DNA of 64,000 nt from a virus (taxonomy: Duplodnaviria; Caudoviricetes), in the IMG/VR virus record IMGVR_UViG_3300002092_001784, positions 96,001-160,000 of that record; one strand, 5' to 3'. Below are positions 48,533 to 58,875 of the stretch, in pieces. The translations under genes were made by a program, and so were the position numbers. Numbering within the stretch: position 1 is the stretch's first letter; each line of letters opens with the position of its first letter. The notes under the pieces are model-generated. The model was not told where the DNA came from. It did not search any database and saw nothing but the letters and a program-made list of their open reading frames with translations.

Positions 48533-51500
48533 ATGACAACACAAATAAAAAAGATTGCGGAGTTGGAAGATGAATACTTTTCATTATATGAAAAGAAATG
48601 CTGTAAAGCAGAACCTGAAAAAATAAAGTATGAAATATTAGTATTGAAAGAAGGTGATTGGATATATTCTGATTACTTTGAAGAAGCAAATAAAGTGAAA
48701 AGAATCTCTGGTAATTATATCGAATTTTACTTTGCTGAAACGAATGGAATCAGAAGTGGTATGTTGAGTTTTGTTGAAAATCGATATAATATATCATCAC
48801 AGCATAGATATGCAACATTGCAAGAAATTGAAAGGAAGTTGATAAAAGAAATTCAAAATATTAAAAACAAATAAATATGATAACGACAAAAACAATTAAA
48901 CACGATTACTTACAGTTAGTATTATCAGCTCCCGGTAAGGAACTGATTGGTAGTTATACCACAAAATCCGGTCAGGTTAAGAATCGGTATCGAAAGAATC
49001 CAAGCGCCGGTGTAGTTAAAGGAATTAGACATCGGTATACAACTACTATTGAAGTTGAACCAAAAGAGAAAGGAGTTTAAGAACTCCTTTTTTTATGCCC
49101 AAACATTTAACAATTTCTTAACATTAAAAATTTGGAAAGTCATTCTAAAAGTTGTATATTTGTGTATAATCATTAGGGATGTTAGTTATGACAAACGACG
49201 AAATTTTAGAAGGAAACAAACTGATTGCTGAGTTTATGGGGGCAACAATATCAACACAGACATTATTTGAAAACGATGATGACCTTGAAACATTAATAAT
49301 TGAAAAATATTCTCGTCCATTGTTTTTTAATGATACATTATATTCACTGTTTGGCTGGATGTCTTATGAAAATTTAGATAGGATGTGTTATCATTCCTCT
49401 TGGGATTGGCTAATGCCGGTTGTTGAGAAGATTGAAAGTTTAGGATTTTCAGTTTCCATAAATAACGGAAGTTGTTCTGTTTTGTTTTTAGATAATGACC
49501 ATTATGTTATAAGAGTAGCATATAACGAAGATGGGCACTTTATTAACAGATACTTACCAGAAGATTATGATTGGTATCATACGGTATCCGAAAAACAAAC
49601 CATAACAAAAATTGAGGCGTTGTGGGTGGCTGTTATTGAATTTATTAAATGGTATAACGAAAATAAGAAATAAATTATAAAAATTATGAATAAAACTTGG
49701 AACAAATCAAACCCATCAGAAAATGGTGGTTATATATGCAGAATAAATAATGCATATATAAAAATGTGTTATTGGAATGGAAGTGAATGGTTTGATATGT
49801 GGAAAACCACTTTGGAAGGAATCGTTGTTGAGTGGATGCATATACCTTATGACGAACTGTTTATTGATGAAAATAAATGGAATATTGATAGGGGCGTAAC
49901 GATTCCTTGAAATGTTTGCTAATAATTGAGTATAAACAAATGGATGGTTAAATTTGATACGGATTTAACAATTTCTTAACACACTTTATTTGGATTGTCC
50001 AATCTTTTTTTGTATATTTGTGTATTGAGTTTTGAGAGTGTTTAATTAAAACAAAAGTTATGATTCAGATTGAATTAAAAAAAATCCCTTGGTCTTTTCA
50101 AAATGGTATAATTACAATATCCGAAACGGATGTGCGGTTTGCGACACGATATAATGTTATTTCACCAAATACAGGTGTAGGTAAGGAATTTGAGTTTACT
50201 CACGCAACCGGTCCGGAGTTTGATAAGAATACCCAATGGATATACAAAAGTGAAGATGGTATTCAGTTGGCAGTTTGCAACGATGAACAAATGGCTATGG
50301 GGGCAGCAGAAGCATATTTGAAAGCAAAACTAAGAAAAGTATAATATGAAAACGTTATTCGCAGTACCGTGGATTGAAATTGAATACGGGTGGGGAGATA
50401 GACCCGAAGGATATAAAGTATTCGATAATATTGATGAATGTATAGCATCAACCAAAGAATCTTCCGCAAATGGAAATTATAAAAGTGGTGGTGGATACTT
50501 TGGACCGGAACGTCCATTACATTATTTTGAAACGCCTGATGAAATTGAAGGGCCTTTTCCAAAATTCGTAGATAAAATAAAATTCAAATCGAAATCAACT
50601 TATATTAATTAAAACCAAAAAACTTATGAAAGTTACACAGTTTGATGTAAAAAACCAATTTATTATCTCCAATGAAGGAGCTACTTATTTTCAATCCTAC
50701 AACTCCGTTATCGCCAAACGTGAAGGTGAACAGGTTATATTGGATGAACGGTATTGGGATTATTCCCGAACAACCGGTAAGTATCGAAACCGTTTTTTGA
50801 ATGAAACAAAAAAAGATACCCAACGAAAAATCGATTCCGGTGAATACAAACTTGCTAATTTGAATTAGTATGTATAACAAAGATTTTATAGTATGGTTAC
50901 GACGTAACTGCCTAATCAATTATACCGAACTAGATGGTAAGTATGATTACTATTGGTGTCTGGCGTTTGAGGCCGCTAAAATGTGGGATGGTATACATGA
51001 TGCTGAATTGCAGTTTTATACCGATGAACAAATGTTTGAAATTTACAAAGAAACATTTAACAATTAATTAACATTAAAAATTAGGAAATACCAAATAAAA
51101 GTTGTATATTTGTAGTATAATAATTAGAGATGTTAGTAACAATTTGAAACAAAATGTTAAAAATAAAAAATGTAAAGATGATTAATGTATCTGATTGGGA
51201 TAAATTAGTATCAGATACCTATGGGAAAATTTATGACTTTCAGCAACAACGAGGTTGCCAGCCAAGAGGTATCGTAAAAATAACTATTCCAGATGAAAAT
51301 TGGGAAGAAGAAGAAATGAATGACAAAATACCAGAGATTATAAATGATGAACGAAATAGGGGTGTTAAATTTGATGTTTGGCTGAATAGAGACCCTAAAG
51401 CTATGTTAAATCCATCTGATGCTGAACTAGAATCTTGCAATTATTATTATTATGACAGTAATAAAAAGGAATGGTGTGAAGATATTGGACACATCCGTTT

Positions 51501-52145
51501 ATTTTGGAGAAGAAACTTTTATCCATGTTTACAAAGTGTGGCTAATGACTTATATAAAAAAGGATTGATTGAAGCGGGTGATTACGCAATTGAAATTGAT
51601 TGGTAGTATAATACACAAAACAAATAAGATTTATGAATAACTTTAATTACTGTTTGTACCAACTTGGATTCATTAAGAAGGACGATGAAAACGTTGCACT
51701 CGTCAAAGTAAAAGGTTGTATCGAAGGTGAAACGAATTGGATGTCTTTGAATAAAGAATCAGCAAAAACACTGATTGAATGGTTAACCGAAAATTATTTG
51801 GGTGATACCGAATAAAACATCATCAAAAATTTGGAAATCTGATATATATTTATTATATTTGTACTTAATATTAAATACGTTATGGAAACGGTAGAATTAC
51901 AAAAAGAAATTGAACAGTTGAAATGGGATATTCAACAACATGATTTTTATTATGAGTATTCCGATGATAGTAGAGCATACCGAAACGGTGGAAATGAAGA
52001 ACGAAACATCATACAATCGATTCGTAGTATCTTAACCAAATCACCGGAAGTTGAAGAATCTTTATTACAAGAATGTGTAACCATTAAAACTGATTCAAAA
52101 CTTCAAAACCAAATCAAAGCGTTCTTTTCAAACGCTAAGAGGTAA
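48533..52145 (+). other. About 12 small early-type hypothetical CDSs under repeated promoters (class P at 49107-49162, 49965-50020, 51057-51112)
   Basis: Packed ORFs; 49179-49673 carries YHSSWDWLMPVVEKI. Confidence 0.6.
49069..49094 (+). terminator. Intrinsic terminator
   Basis: aaaggagtt-taag-aactccttt plus T-run. Confidence 0.8.
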
Positions 52146-52156
52146 GTTATTTTAAT

Positions 52157-52228
52157 GGCGAGTTCGTCTAACGGTTAGGACAAATGGTTTTCATCCATTA
52201 AATAGGGTTTCGATTACCCTACTCGCTA
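52157..52228 (+). tRNA. tRNA-Glu(TTC)
   Basis: aatgg-ttttcat-ccatt. Confidence 0.88.
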
Positions 52229-52250
52229 CGATAAACCAAACACGCTAGGT

Positions 52251-52291
52251 GACGACCACAGGTGATATTGTTGGCAGCTCGGAAAGACGGC
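52251..52291 (+). ncRNA. GAAAGA-loop small RNA, copy 3
   Basis: cagctcggaaagacggc identical to 5049-5065. Confidence 0.45.
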
Positions 52292-52297
52292 AAATAT

Positions 52298-52371
52298 GGT
52301 GCGTTAGGCAAATTGGCTAAGCCGTCAGCCCTTCAAGCTGAAGATTTCGGGATCGTACCCCGAACGCACTA
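52298..52371 (+). tRNA. Second tRNA with TTC (Glu) anticodon, C33 variant
   Basis: ggtgcgt/acgcact; tcagc-ccttcaa-gctga. Confidence 0.7.
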
Positions 52372-52377
52372 CACTTA

Positions 52378-52661
52378 GATAGTTTCATAATTTAAGGTCA
52401 AGCCACATTATGTTGAGTGGAGTTTACTTCATTTGACGCCAGATGAAATTATCGAGGTAACGAAGGATTAGAGGTGGCTGTGACTACTTCGTTACCAGCG
52501 GGATAAATAATGGAAGTTAGTTGACAAACGGCTTAAAGAAAATGTTGACAGATACCGCCTGTATGGTAACCGGCCGCTACCTTAAAGGCTTGAATTGACA
52601 ACCATTGTTTTGAAAAATCTATGAGTAATCATAGTATCTTTGGGGGTAATTAACCAAAGAT
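52378..52661 (+). ncRNA. Structured ncRNA region (unassigned)
   Basis: gatagtttcat/atgaaattatc, ggtaacgaag/cttcgttacc, aaataatgg/ccattgttt, atctttgg/ccaaagat. Confidence 0.45.
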
Positions 52662-52680
52662 TAGAAGGTTCGAAACTTCA

Positions 52681-52801
52681 AAATGGTTTAGTGTATTGGG
52701 CACGGGTCAAACAGACTATTATAAAATAATATAGAACTGAAATAGCTGTGAGATAAATAATGTTGATTCCAGCATTGGGTTCGAATCCCAATAACCGTTT
52801 T
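52681..52801 (+). ncRNA. tRNA-like RNA, 8-bp acceptor, about 70-nt core
   Basis: aaatggtt/aaccgttt; D gtg-tattggg-cac; T ttggg-ttcgaat-cccaa. Confidence 0.55.
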
Positions 52802-52807
52802 TAATGT

Positions 52808-52878
52808 AAAGTTATTAGTGTGAGGTCACACATCGGTATATAACCACTGATGCAAGGTTCGATTCCTTCATAACTTTC
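52808..52878 (+). ncRNA. tRNA-sized tRNA-like RNA with ambiguous anticodon arm
   Basis: aaagttat/ataacttt; D gtgt-gaggtc-acac; T aagg-ttcgatt-cctt. Confidence 0.55.
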
Positions 52879-52918
52879 TATACGAAAATTGTTCTTTGTA
52901 TATATTTATATTTAATAT

Positions 52919-52994
52919 GGTCTTAGGGGCTGCATGGAGTGGCCGTCTGCCTGTCACGCAGAATATCAGGAGGGATCGTTACCCTTTGGGACCG
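52919..52994 (+). tRNA. tRNA-Asp(GTC)
   Basis: tctgc-ctgtcac-gcaga; G73. Confidence 0.88.
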
Positions 52995-53094
52995 CAAAAG
53001 AAATGGGATTGAAATAGGAAAACGGCAATTTTCCAATAGTAAATTTGGTTTCACTACTAAAAGGTAAGTTTGCCGACAAACCAAAAAGTAGTTT

Positions 53095-53164
53095 TTCTCA
53101 TTAGTTCAATTGGAAGAACCCCGGTAGGAACTGGGTGATGTAGGTTCGAGTCCTACATGGGAAT
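53095..53164 (+). ncRNA. tRNA-like RNA with 4-nt loop in place of the anticodon loop
   Basis: ttctcat/atgggaa; D gttc-aattggaa-gaac; cccggt-agga-actggg; gtagg-ttcgagt-cctac. Confidence 0.65.
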
Positions 53165-53277
53165 CATAACATAGGTGGGTAGGTAGGATGCACAGAATGT
53201 ACTGTTAAACTAATGTGTAGGGTATCGCTTGTATGATAATAACAGTAGAGGTGTACAGTAACCTATGTTTTTTATTT

Positions 53278-53352
53278 GGGGTCGTAGATTAATTGGCTAA
53301 ATCACCTGATTTGCATTCAGGAGACTTGAGGGTTCGAAGCCCTTCGATTCCA
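53278..53352 (+). tRNA. tRNA-Ala(TGC)
   Basis: cctga-tttgcat-tcagg; G3:U70. Confidence 0.92.
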
Positions 53353-53426
53353 CGAATACTAACACATTGGCTTTGTGTTGAATTTATCGGATAACATGCC
53401 GTTTACATTATTATGTAATAAAAGAA

Positions 53427-53610
53427 GCACCGATTGAAAGGAAAGTTCACAACTAAACCTGCTTAACCTTTGGAATGTAAAGGTAACTTATATCTTAAAG
53501 CCGTATTCGGGTTGGTGAGTAATGAGAGAACCTGCCTTTGCCGTTTCCACTAAACGAGTAAAGAAAAATCACATTAAATAACTCTACACAGTGGGGGATA
53601 TATCGGTGAC
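53427..53610 (+). ncRNA. Structured ncRNA, loosely RNase P RNA-like
   Basis: caccgat/atcggtg closing stem; ordered motifs aggaaagttc, ggtaac, agt..gagagaacctgcc, taaac-gagtaaag, tacacag. Confidence 0.3.
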
Positions 53611-53621
53611 CCACTAATTTC

Positions 53622-53698
53622 GGGCCTGTATCGGCTCTGGCTCATAACCAGTTGAAACCGTAATTGGTAGCATGTAGGTTCAATCCCTACCCGGCCCA
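53622..53698 (+). tRNA. D-armless tRNA-Met(CAT)-like RNA with extra hairpin in the variable position
   Basis: gggcctg/ccggccc, ctgg-ctcataa-ccag, accg-taat-tggt, gtagg-ttcaatc-cctac, A73. Confidence 0.55.
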
Positions 53699-53750
53699 CT
53701 TTTATTATTTTCTTTTGGATATTTATGATTGAATTTAATTTATATCTGAA

Positions 53751-54386
53751 ATGAAAAAAGTATTAACATTATTATTTGCGGTATCCCTAACAGTATCCGT
53801 TTTTGGACAAGATACGGTTCGTATAGTCCATACAAACTACATAACAACTTTCAGCAAATCTCTAAAATATCCGGTTAAAGTAGAATGGACACTTACTGCT
53901 AATAGAGTTAATTGTGCTAAAAAACTCCCAAGACCAGCAGAGTTTAAGCCAGACCCACAGTTTCCTAACACAAATTATGCGTTGGATTATAAAAAAAGTG
54001 GATATGATAAAGGACACAATTGCCCAGATGATGATAACGCTTGTCAAACAACAGATATATTAGAGCAATCATTTTATTATACCAATGTGATGCCACAACC
54101 ACATAGTTCAAACGCAGGAGATTGGAAATCAGTTGAAACTCTATGCAGAAGTTTGGCAATAAAAGGAAACACAGTTCACATTTGGAGTGGTGGTATCGGT
54201 ATTCAAAAGAAAATTGGAAAAGATGGTATTTGTGTTCCAAAACAAACTTGGAAAGTGGTCTATACCGTAAACACAAAAACATACAAAGCATATCTGTTTA
54301 ACAATACAGATGAACCACAGAAGGGTGCAAACTCTCATTTGGTAGATAAATCAGTAATCGAAAAATTAACAGGTTTTAAGTTCTAA
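53751..54386 (+). CDS. Exported DNA/RNA non-specific endonuclease (NucA/Serratia type)
   Basis: Signal peptide; F.PDP, DY.KSGYDKGH, SFYYTN..PQ...N.G.W. Confidence 0.88.
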   Translation: MKKVLTLLFAVSLTVSVFGQDTVRIVHTNYITTFSKSLKYPVKVEWTLTANRVNCAKKLPRPAEFKPDPQFPNTNYALDYKKSGYDKGHNCPDDDNACQTTDILEQSFYYTNVMPQPHSSNAGDWKSVETLCRSLAIKGNTVHIWSGGIGIQKKIGKDGICVPKQTWKVVYTVNTKTYKAYLFNNTDEPQKGANSHLVDKSVIEKLTGFKF

Positions 54387-54392
54387 ATACAA

Positions 54393-57300
54393 ATGCTACA
54401 ACTCAATCCCATGATTCCAATTGTCCGAGTAAGTGATAAGATGAAAGGATACGCTTTTCTTATAATTGATTATTCGCAAGAGCATGATTTACTATTCAGT
54501 TGTGCAATGGAAGATGGGCAAATTTGGACATTAAGTAATACCGAAATCAGATTTGATAAAAATATTACAATGGGTAGAACCAAAATAAATTATTAAGATT
54601 TAACAATTATTTAACATTGAAAGTTTGGAAACCCCAAACTTTTTTTGTATCTTTAAGTATTGATTTGAGAGAGTTATTAACGAAAACAATATTTGATTAT
54701 GAAACAGTTTTTCAGTTCGGTTTATGGGATTTTGATGCTGGTGTTTTCACCAATCACATTTGGGTTGGTAATACCGGTTGGAGTTGATTTGTATTTGAAT
54801 AAATTGATTTACGGTGAATATCCAACTTCTTTAAACTACAATGAATATTCAAATTGGGTATCTAATCAATTTGTGTTGGTTGTATCGATTGTTTTATATG
54901 GAGTTATCTGGTTTTCTATTAAGAATTTTTTTGAAAAGCGTAATATTGATATTATCTAATTATAAAAGTTATGAGTACCAAAAAGAAAGGGTTATTAACG
55001 GTATCTGATGAATGGGCTAAACATCTTAGGAAGTTTGGTAAACGATTATTTTGGAAAAAAGAAAGACAGGCTGAACGTGAACTAATTAAAAAACAATAAG
55101 ATATGAGTAAGATTAATAATTTTTTGATGGAAGCGGTTGATGATATTTGTGAAACCATTCCTACCGAAGTATCAATTCACGATGAATATACGGGTACTCG
55201 TGAAATTGAAATTATCCAATTAAGTCCCGCTGATTTGGAAGATGTTGTAGATTTCGCCATCAAACGTTACATCAGTAAGTTGGGTGATGTTCAACATCAG
55301 GAATTGCTTGAACAAAGTAAATGGTATTTGAGAGAATTAATTATTGAACAACTTACATTTTAATAATATGAACCCAGTAGTTTATTTTGACATTTTTTTC
55401 ATTGTGTTGGCGTTTGGTGTGATTTGTTCTGGCGATTATGTTGACCGGAACAAAAAGTTACGAAATTCCATTTACAGATTTTTCACAGAACCAAAATCAT
55501 AAGTTATGACAGAATTAGAACAAATCATTTCCCAAATTGTGGGTGAAGCCGAATTAAAATCGAAAACGGAAATCGGTGAAGGACGACACGGCAGTTCTAA
55601 AGGTGAACCGATTGAATATACTGTGTGGCACAATCCATATTATTGCGAATGGACAACCAAAGAAATGGCATTGCGTGGATATGTTTTTTTGAAACTACTT
55701 CCAATTATCGATAAAGTAATTGCAGAAAATGAATAACTACATATTAACGTTATGGTTTGGGTTTTATAAAGTGTACATTGCAGAACGCAGAGGTAATACA
55801 TTTTATTTTGGATATGATGAAGAATGCGGAGCATCTTCTATTGATTGTAGAAACAAAAGTGTTATTGATTATAAAAAACTAAAATAATGGACTTAAAACA
55901 TTACAGATGGATTATGTATGCAAAGCAAAATGGAGTATGTGATGAAACTGGTAAGATGATTAATACCGGTGATAAGATACTTTATATACCTGCTATTCCA
56001 AAATTACACATAAACGCAAAAATATTTTGTGAACAGAGTAAGTTTTACAAAGAAAGTGAAAATCATATTGATACAGGTTGGAAAATATAAAAAATTATGG
56101 AAAATAAATCATTGTTGTGGATTAATTTATTATTTGGTGTGCTTGGAATATTTTTTTGGGAATTATTTGCTTTTGGTAAAATAGATGCACCGTTTTTGGC
56201 GGTTGCATGTAATTCCATTCAAATTATGACATTATGGTTGATGGATGATAATAAATATCGTATTGAATAATTAAAATCATATAAATGAAAACAAAATTAA
56301 TTAAATTAGTGTTAATTGTAACCGTATTATTTTTAACAGCGTGTAATGGCGCATCCGATACTGATAAGTGTTTACAATCAGTAAAAGCTGTTTTTCCTCA
56401 CAGTCAAATTTATAAAAGTCCTAAATCTTCCTTTATTTTTTATGTAGTTGACTCAACTGGTGTAAAGATTGTTACAACTATGAAATTATCCGATACCAGT
56501 ATTGATGGTATTCAATCATTAATTAAAATAAATTAAAATGATTATGGAAAGAGATTATGTACAATATGTAGTAGTTAGTAGTGTAGATAAAAGTGATGGT
56601 TGGTTGAGTATTTCAACTGAAAGTGGTACCGGATTTGGATTGGACACCAAATATGGTGTAGTGCCGGAAGTGGGTGATACCATTACATTATATACCGTAG
56701 GTAGTTCATTTGGAACTGTGCGTGGAATGGATTTGAATGGTGTTCCTATTTTTTACAAAACGGATACCGATTTGGAGAATGCACGAACCGAATGGTTACA
56801 AAAGGAGGAAGAGCGAAAACAAAAAGCATTTGCTGATTCCAAATCAACTTTGGATGCTCAATACGAAGCCCTTCCGACTGTTTTTAAGAAAAGAATAGAC
56901 CGGTTTAGGAATAACAATAAACGGTTTAGGGTTGATTATCAATCGTATGAATTGTTTTGTTGTGAACAGGGTATTCTTATTGCCAACAAATGTAAAACAC
57001 CAGAAGAAGTTGATGCCTTTTCCAAAAAAGAATATAAAGAACAAAAAGAACAAATTGCAGAATTATCCGAAGACCATAGCGGAAACACATTTGGGTGTTC
57101 AGTACAATTGGCATATTGGTATTTGAAAGAACCAAATATGGTTTATAAACTACACGGTGCATTGACTCCGTTGGTTGGTTCGGATGCATACGGTGATTTT
57201 CCACTACCGGAAGATTGAAACTAATTAATCATAAAAAATAATGAAAGAATTTATAATATGTGCAGCAGTACGAAATGAAGAAACCGATAAGATACATTAC

Positions 57301-57522
57301 GGCCATCGGCATAGTCATTGTTTAGCTGCGGCAAACGATGAATTATCTTGGACATTAAGTAGGCAACAAATCTGTAAAATTAAATTAGAGCAGGGGTTTA
57401 TTACATCCCAAAATCGATTTGTTAACAGAGAGGAAGCCTTAATGATTGCTTTGGATAACAATCAAGTAATTGATAAATCGGAAATTAGAGGTAATCGATT
57501 ATACAGTGAAGATTTGTATTGA
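54393..57522 (+). other. Run of small hypothetical CDSs including a lipoprotein (56285, LTAC) and 56538-57218; class P promoter at 54600-54655
   Basis: Packed ORFs. Confidence 0.6.
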
Positions 57523-57525
57523 GGT

Positions 57526-58032
57526 ATGAAACAATTATTACTTTTATTTATGTTTGTATGGATAACCCATACATCATTTTCACAAACATATGTAGCAGTT
57601 GCACCTAGTTTAACAAACATACCCGGTACGATTGCCAATAAATCCAATTTATCATTTGAAGTTGGAAGGCAGTGGGATGTATTTAGTCTTGGGTTGGATT
57701 GGGGAAAAACTTCTTTGGGTAAAATCGTAGGTAGAGATACGACAAACTACATTGAAATACGACCGAACTTAAACATATTTCAGCAAGGTAAGTTTACCAA
57801 TACACTTACTACTGGAATCGGTTATGTATTTGGTGCTCAACAAAATTTAGTTACAGAATTTACATCAGGTATTGAGTATGCATATACACCAACACTACAC
57901 TTTAACATTGTGTTTGGGCAATTTTATTACAGTGGATTACGAATATCAAGTACTGAAACATTTTTTGGAGTTTCTGTAATGTATTTTTTCAAGCCATATC
58001 ACCCACAATCAATTATTAAGCAAAATAATTAA
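57526..58032 (+). CDS. Exported beta-strand-rich protein, possible small outer-membrane barrel
   Basis: Signal peptide; alternating G/Y/F strands. Confidence 0.45.
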   Translation: MKQLLLLFMFVWITHTSFSQTYVAVAPSLTNIPGTIANKSNLSFEVGRQWDVFSLGLDWGKTSLGKIVGRDTTNYIEIRPNLNIFQQGKFTNTLTTGIGYVFGAQQNLVTEFTSGIEYAYTPTLHFNIVFGQFYYSGLRISSTETFFGVSVMYFFKPYHPQSIIKQNN

Positions 58033-58075
58033 CTGAAAATTTGGAAATACGAAATATTATTCGTATATTTGTTTT

Positions 58076-58849
58076 ATGAAAAAAAGTATTACACACATAT
58101 CCGACACTCATGGTAAACACCGACAGATAACTGATGATTTGACATCGGGAGATTTCCTAATCCATAGCGGAGATTTAACTACAATAGGAACTCAAAGTGA
58201 AATTGAGGATTTCATTGATTGGTTCAGTTGGGTTGGTGGATATAAGTATAAACTGTTTATTGCCGGTAACCACGATTTATCATTCCAAAGTGCTGAAATG
58301 TGTAGAGTAAAGCAGTTACGGTTGGGAATGAATACGTCTCGAACCAAAACAGTAGATACAAAACCCGATTGGTTACTAAAATTATTGGATGAACTGCCTG
58401 ATAATGTTTTCTATTTGGAAAACAATGGAGCAATAGTTGATGGTATTAAGTTTTGGGGTATGCCAAACACACCGTCGTTTATGGATGGTTGGTCGTTTAA
58501 TACCAATAGAGGTTATGAAATGAATGAAATTTGTAATCTTATACCAAATGATACCGATATTTTAATTACACATGGACCTATGAGATACCATTGTGATTAT
58601 GCAGATTATAGTAGGGATAATGTGGGGTGTGACGATTTATACAACCGAGTTATGGAAGTACAACCACATCTACATTTTTGTGGACATATTCACCCTGCAT
58701 ACGGATATCGCCATATAAATGGTAGCGATGTATGGGGTGGTGCATGGACATTCAATGGAGCAGTATTAAATGGAATACATTCATTTGTCAATAACCCAAT
58801 TAATATTGAATACGATTTTGAAACAAGAGATATAGAATTTAAGATGTAA
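58076..58849 (+). CDS. Metallophosphoesterase (MPP_239FB-like)
   Basis: HISDTHG.H, IHSGD, IAGNHD, LITHGP, HFCGHIH. Confidence 0.88.
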   Translation: MKKSITHISDTHGKHRQITDDLTSGDFLIHSGDLTTIGTQSEIEDFIDWFSWVGGYKYKLFIAGNHDLSFQSAEMCRVKQLRLGMNTSRTKTVDTKPDWLLKLLDELPDNVFYLENNGAIVDGIKFWGMPNTPSFMDGWSFNTNRGYEMNEICNLIPNDTDILITHGPMRYHCDYADYSRDNVGCDDLYNRVMEVQPHLHFCGHIHPAYGYRHINGSDVWGGAWTFNGAVLNGIHSFVNNPINIEYDFETRDIEFKM

Positions 58850-58875
58850 AATTTTTTTAATTAAAAAAAGAAGTT

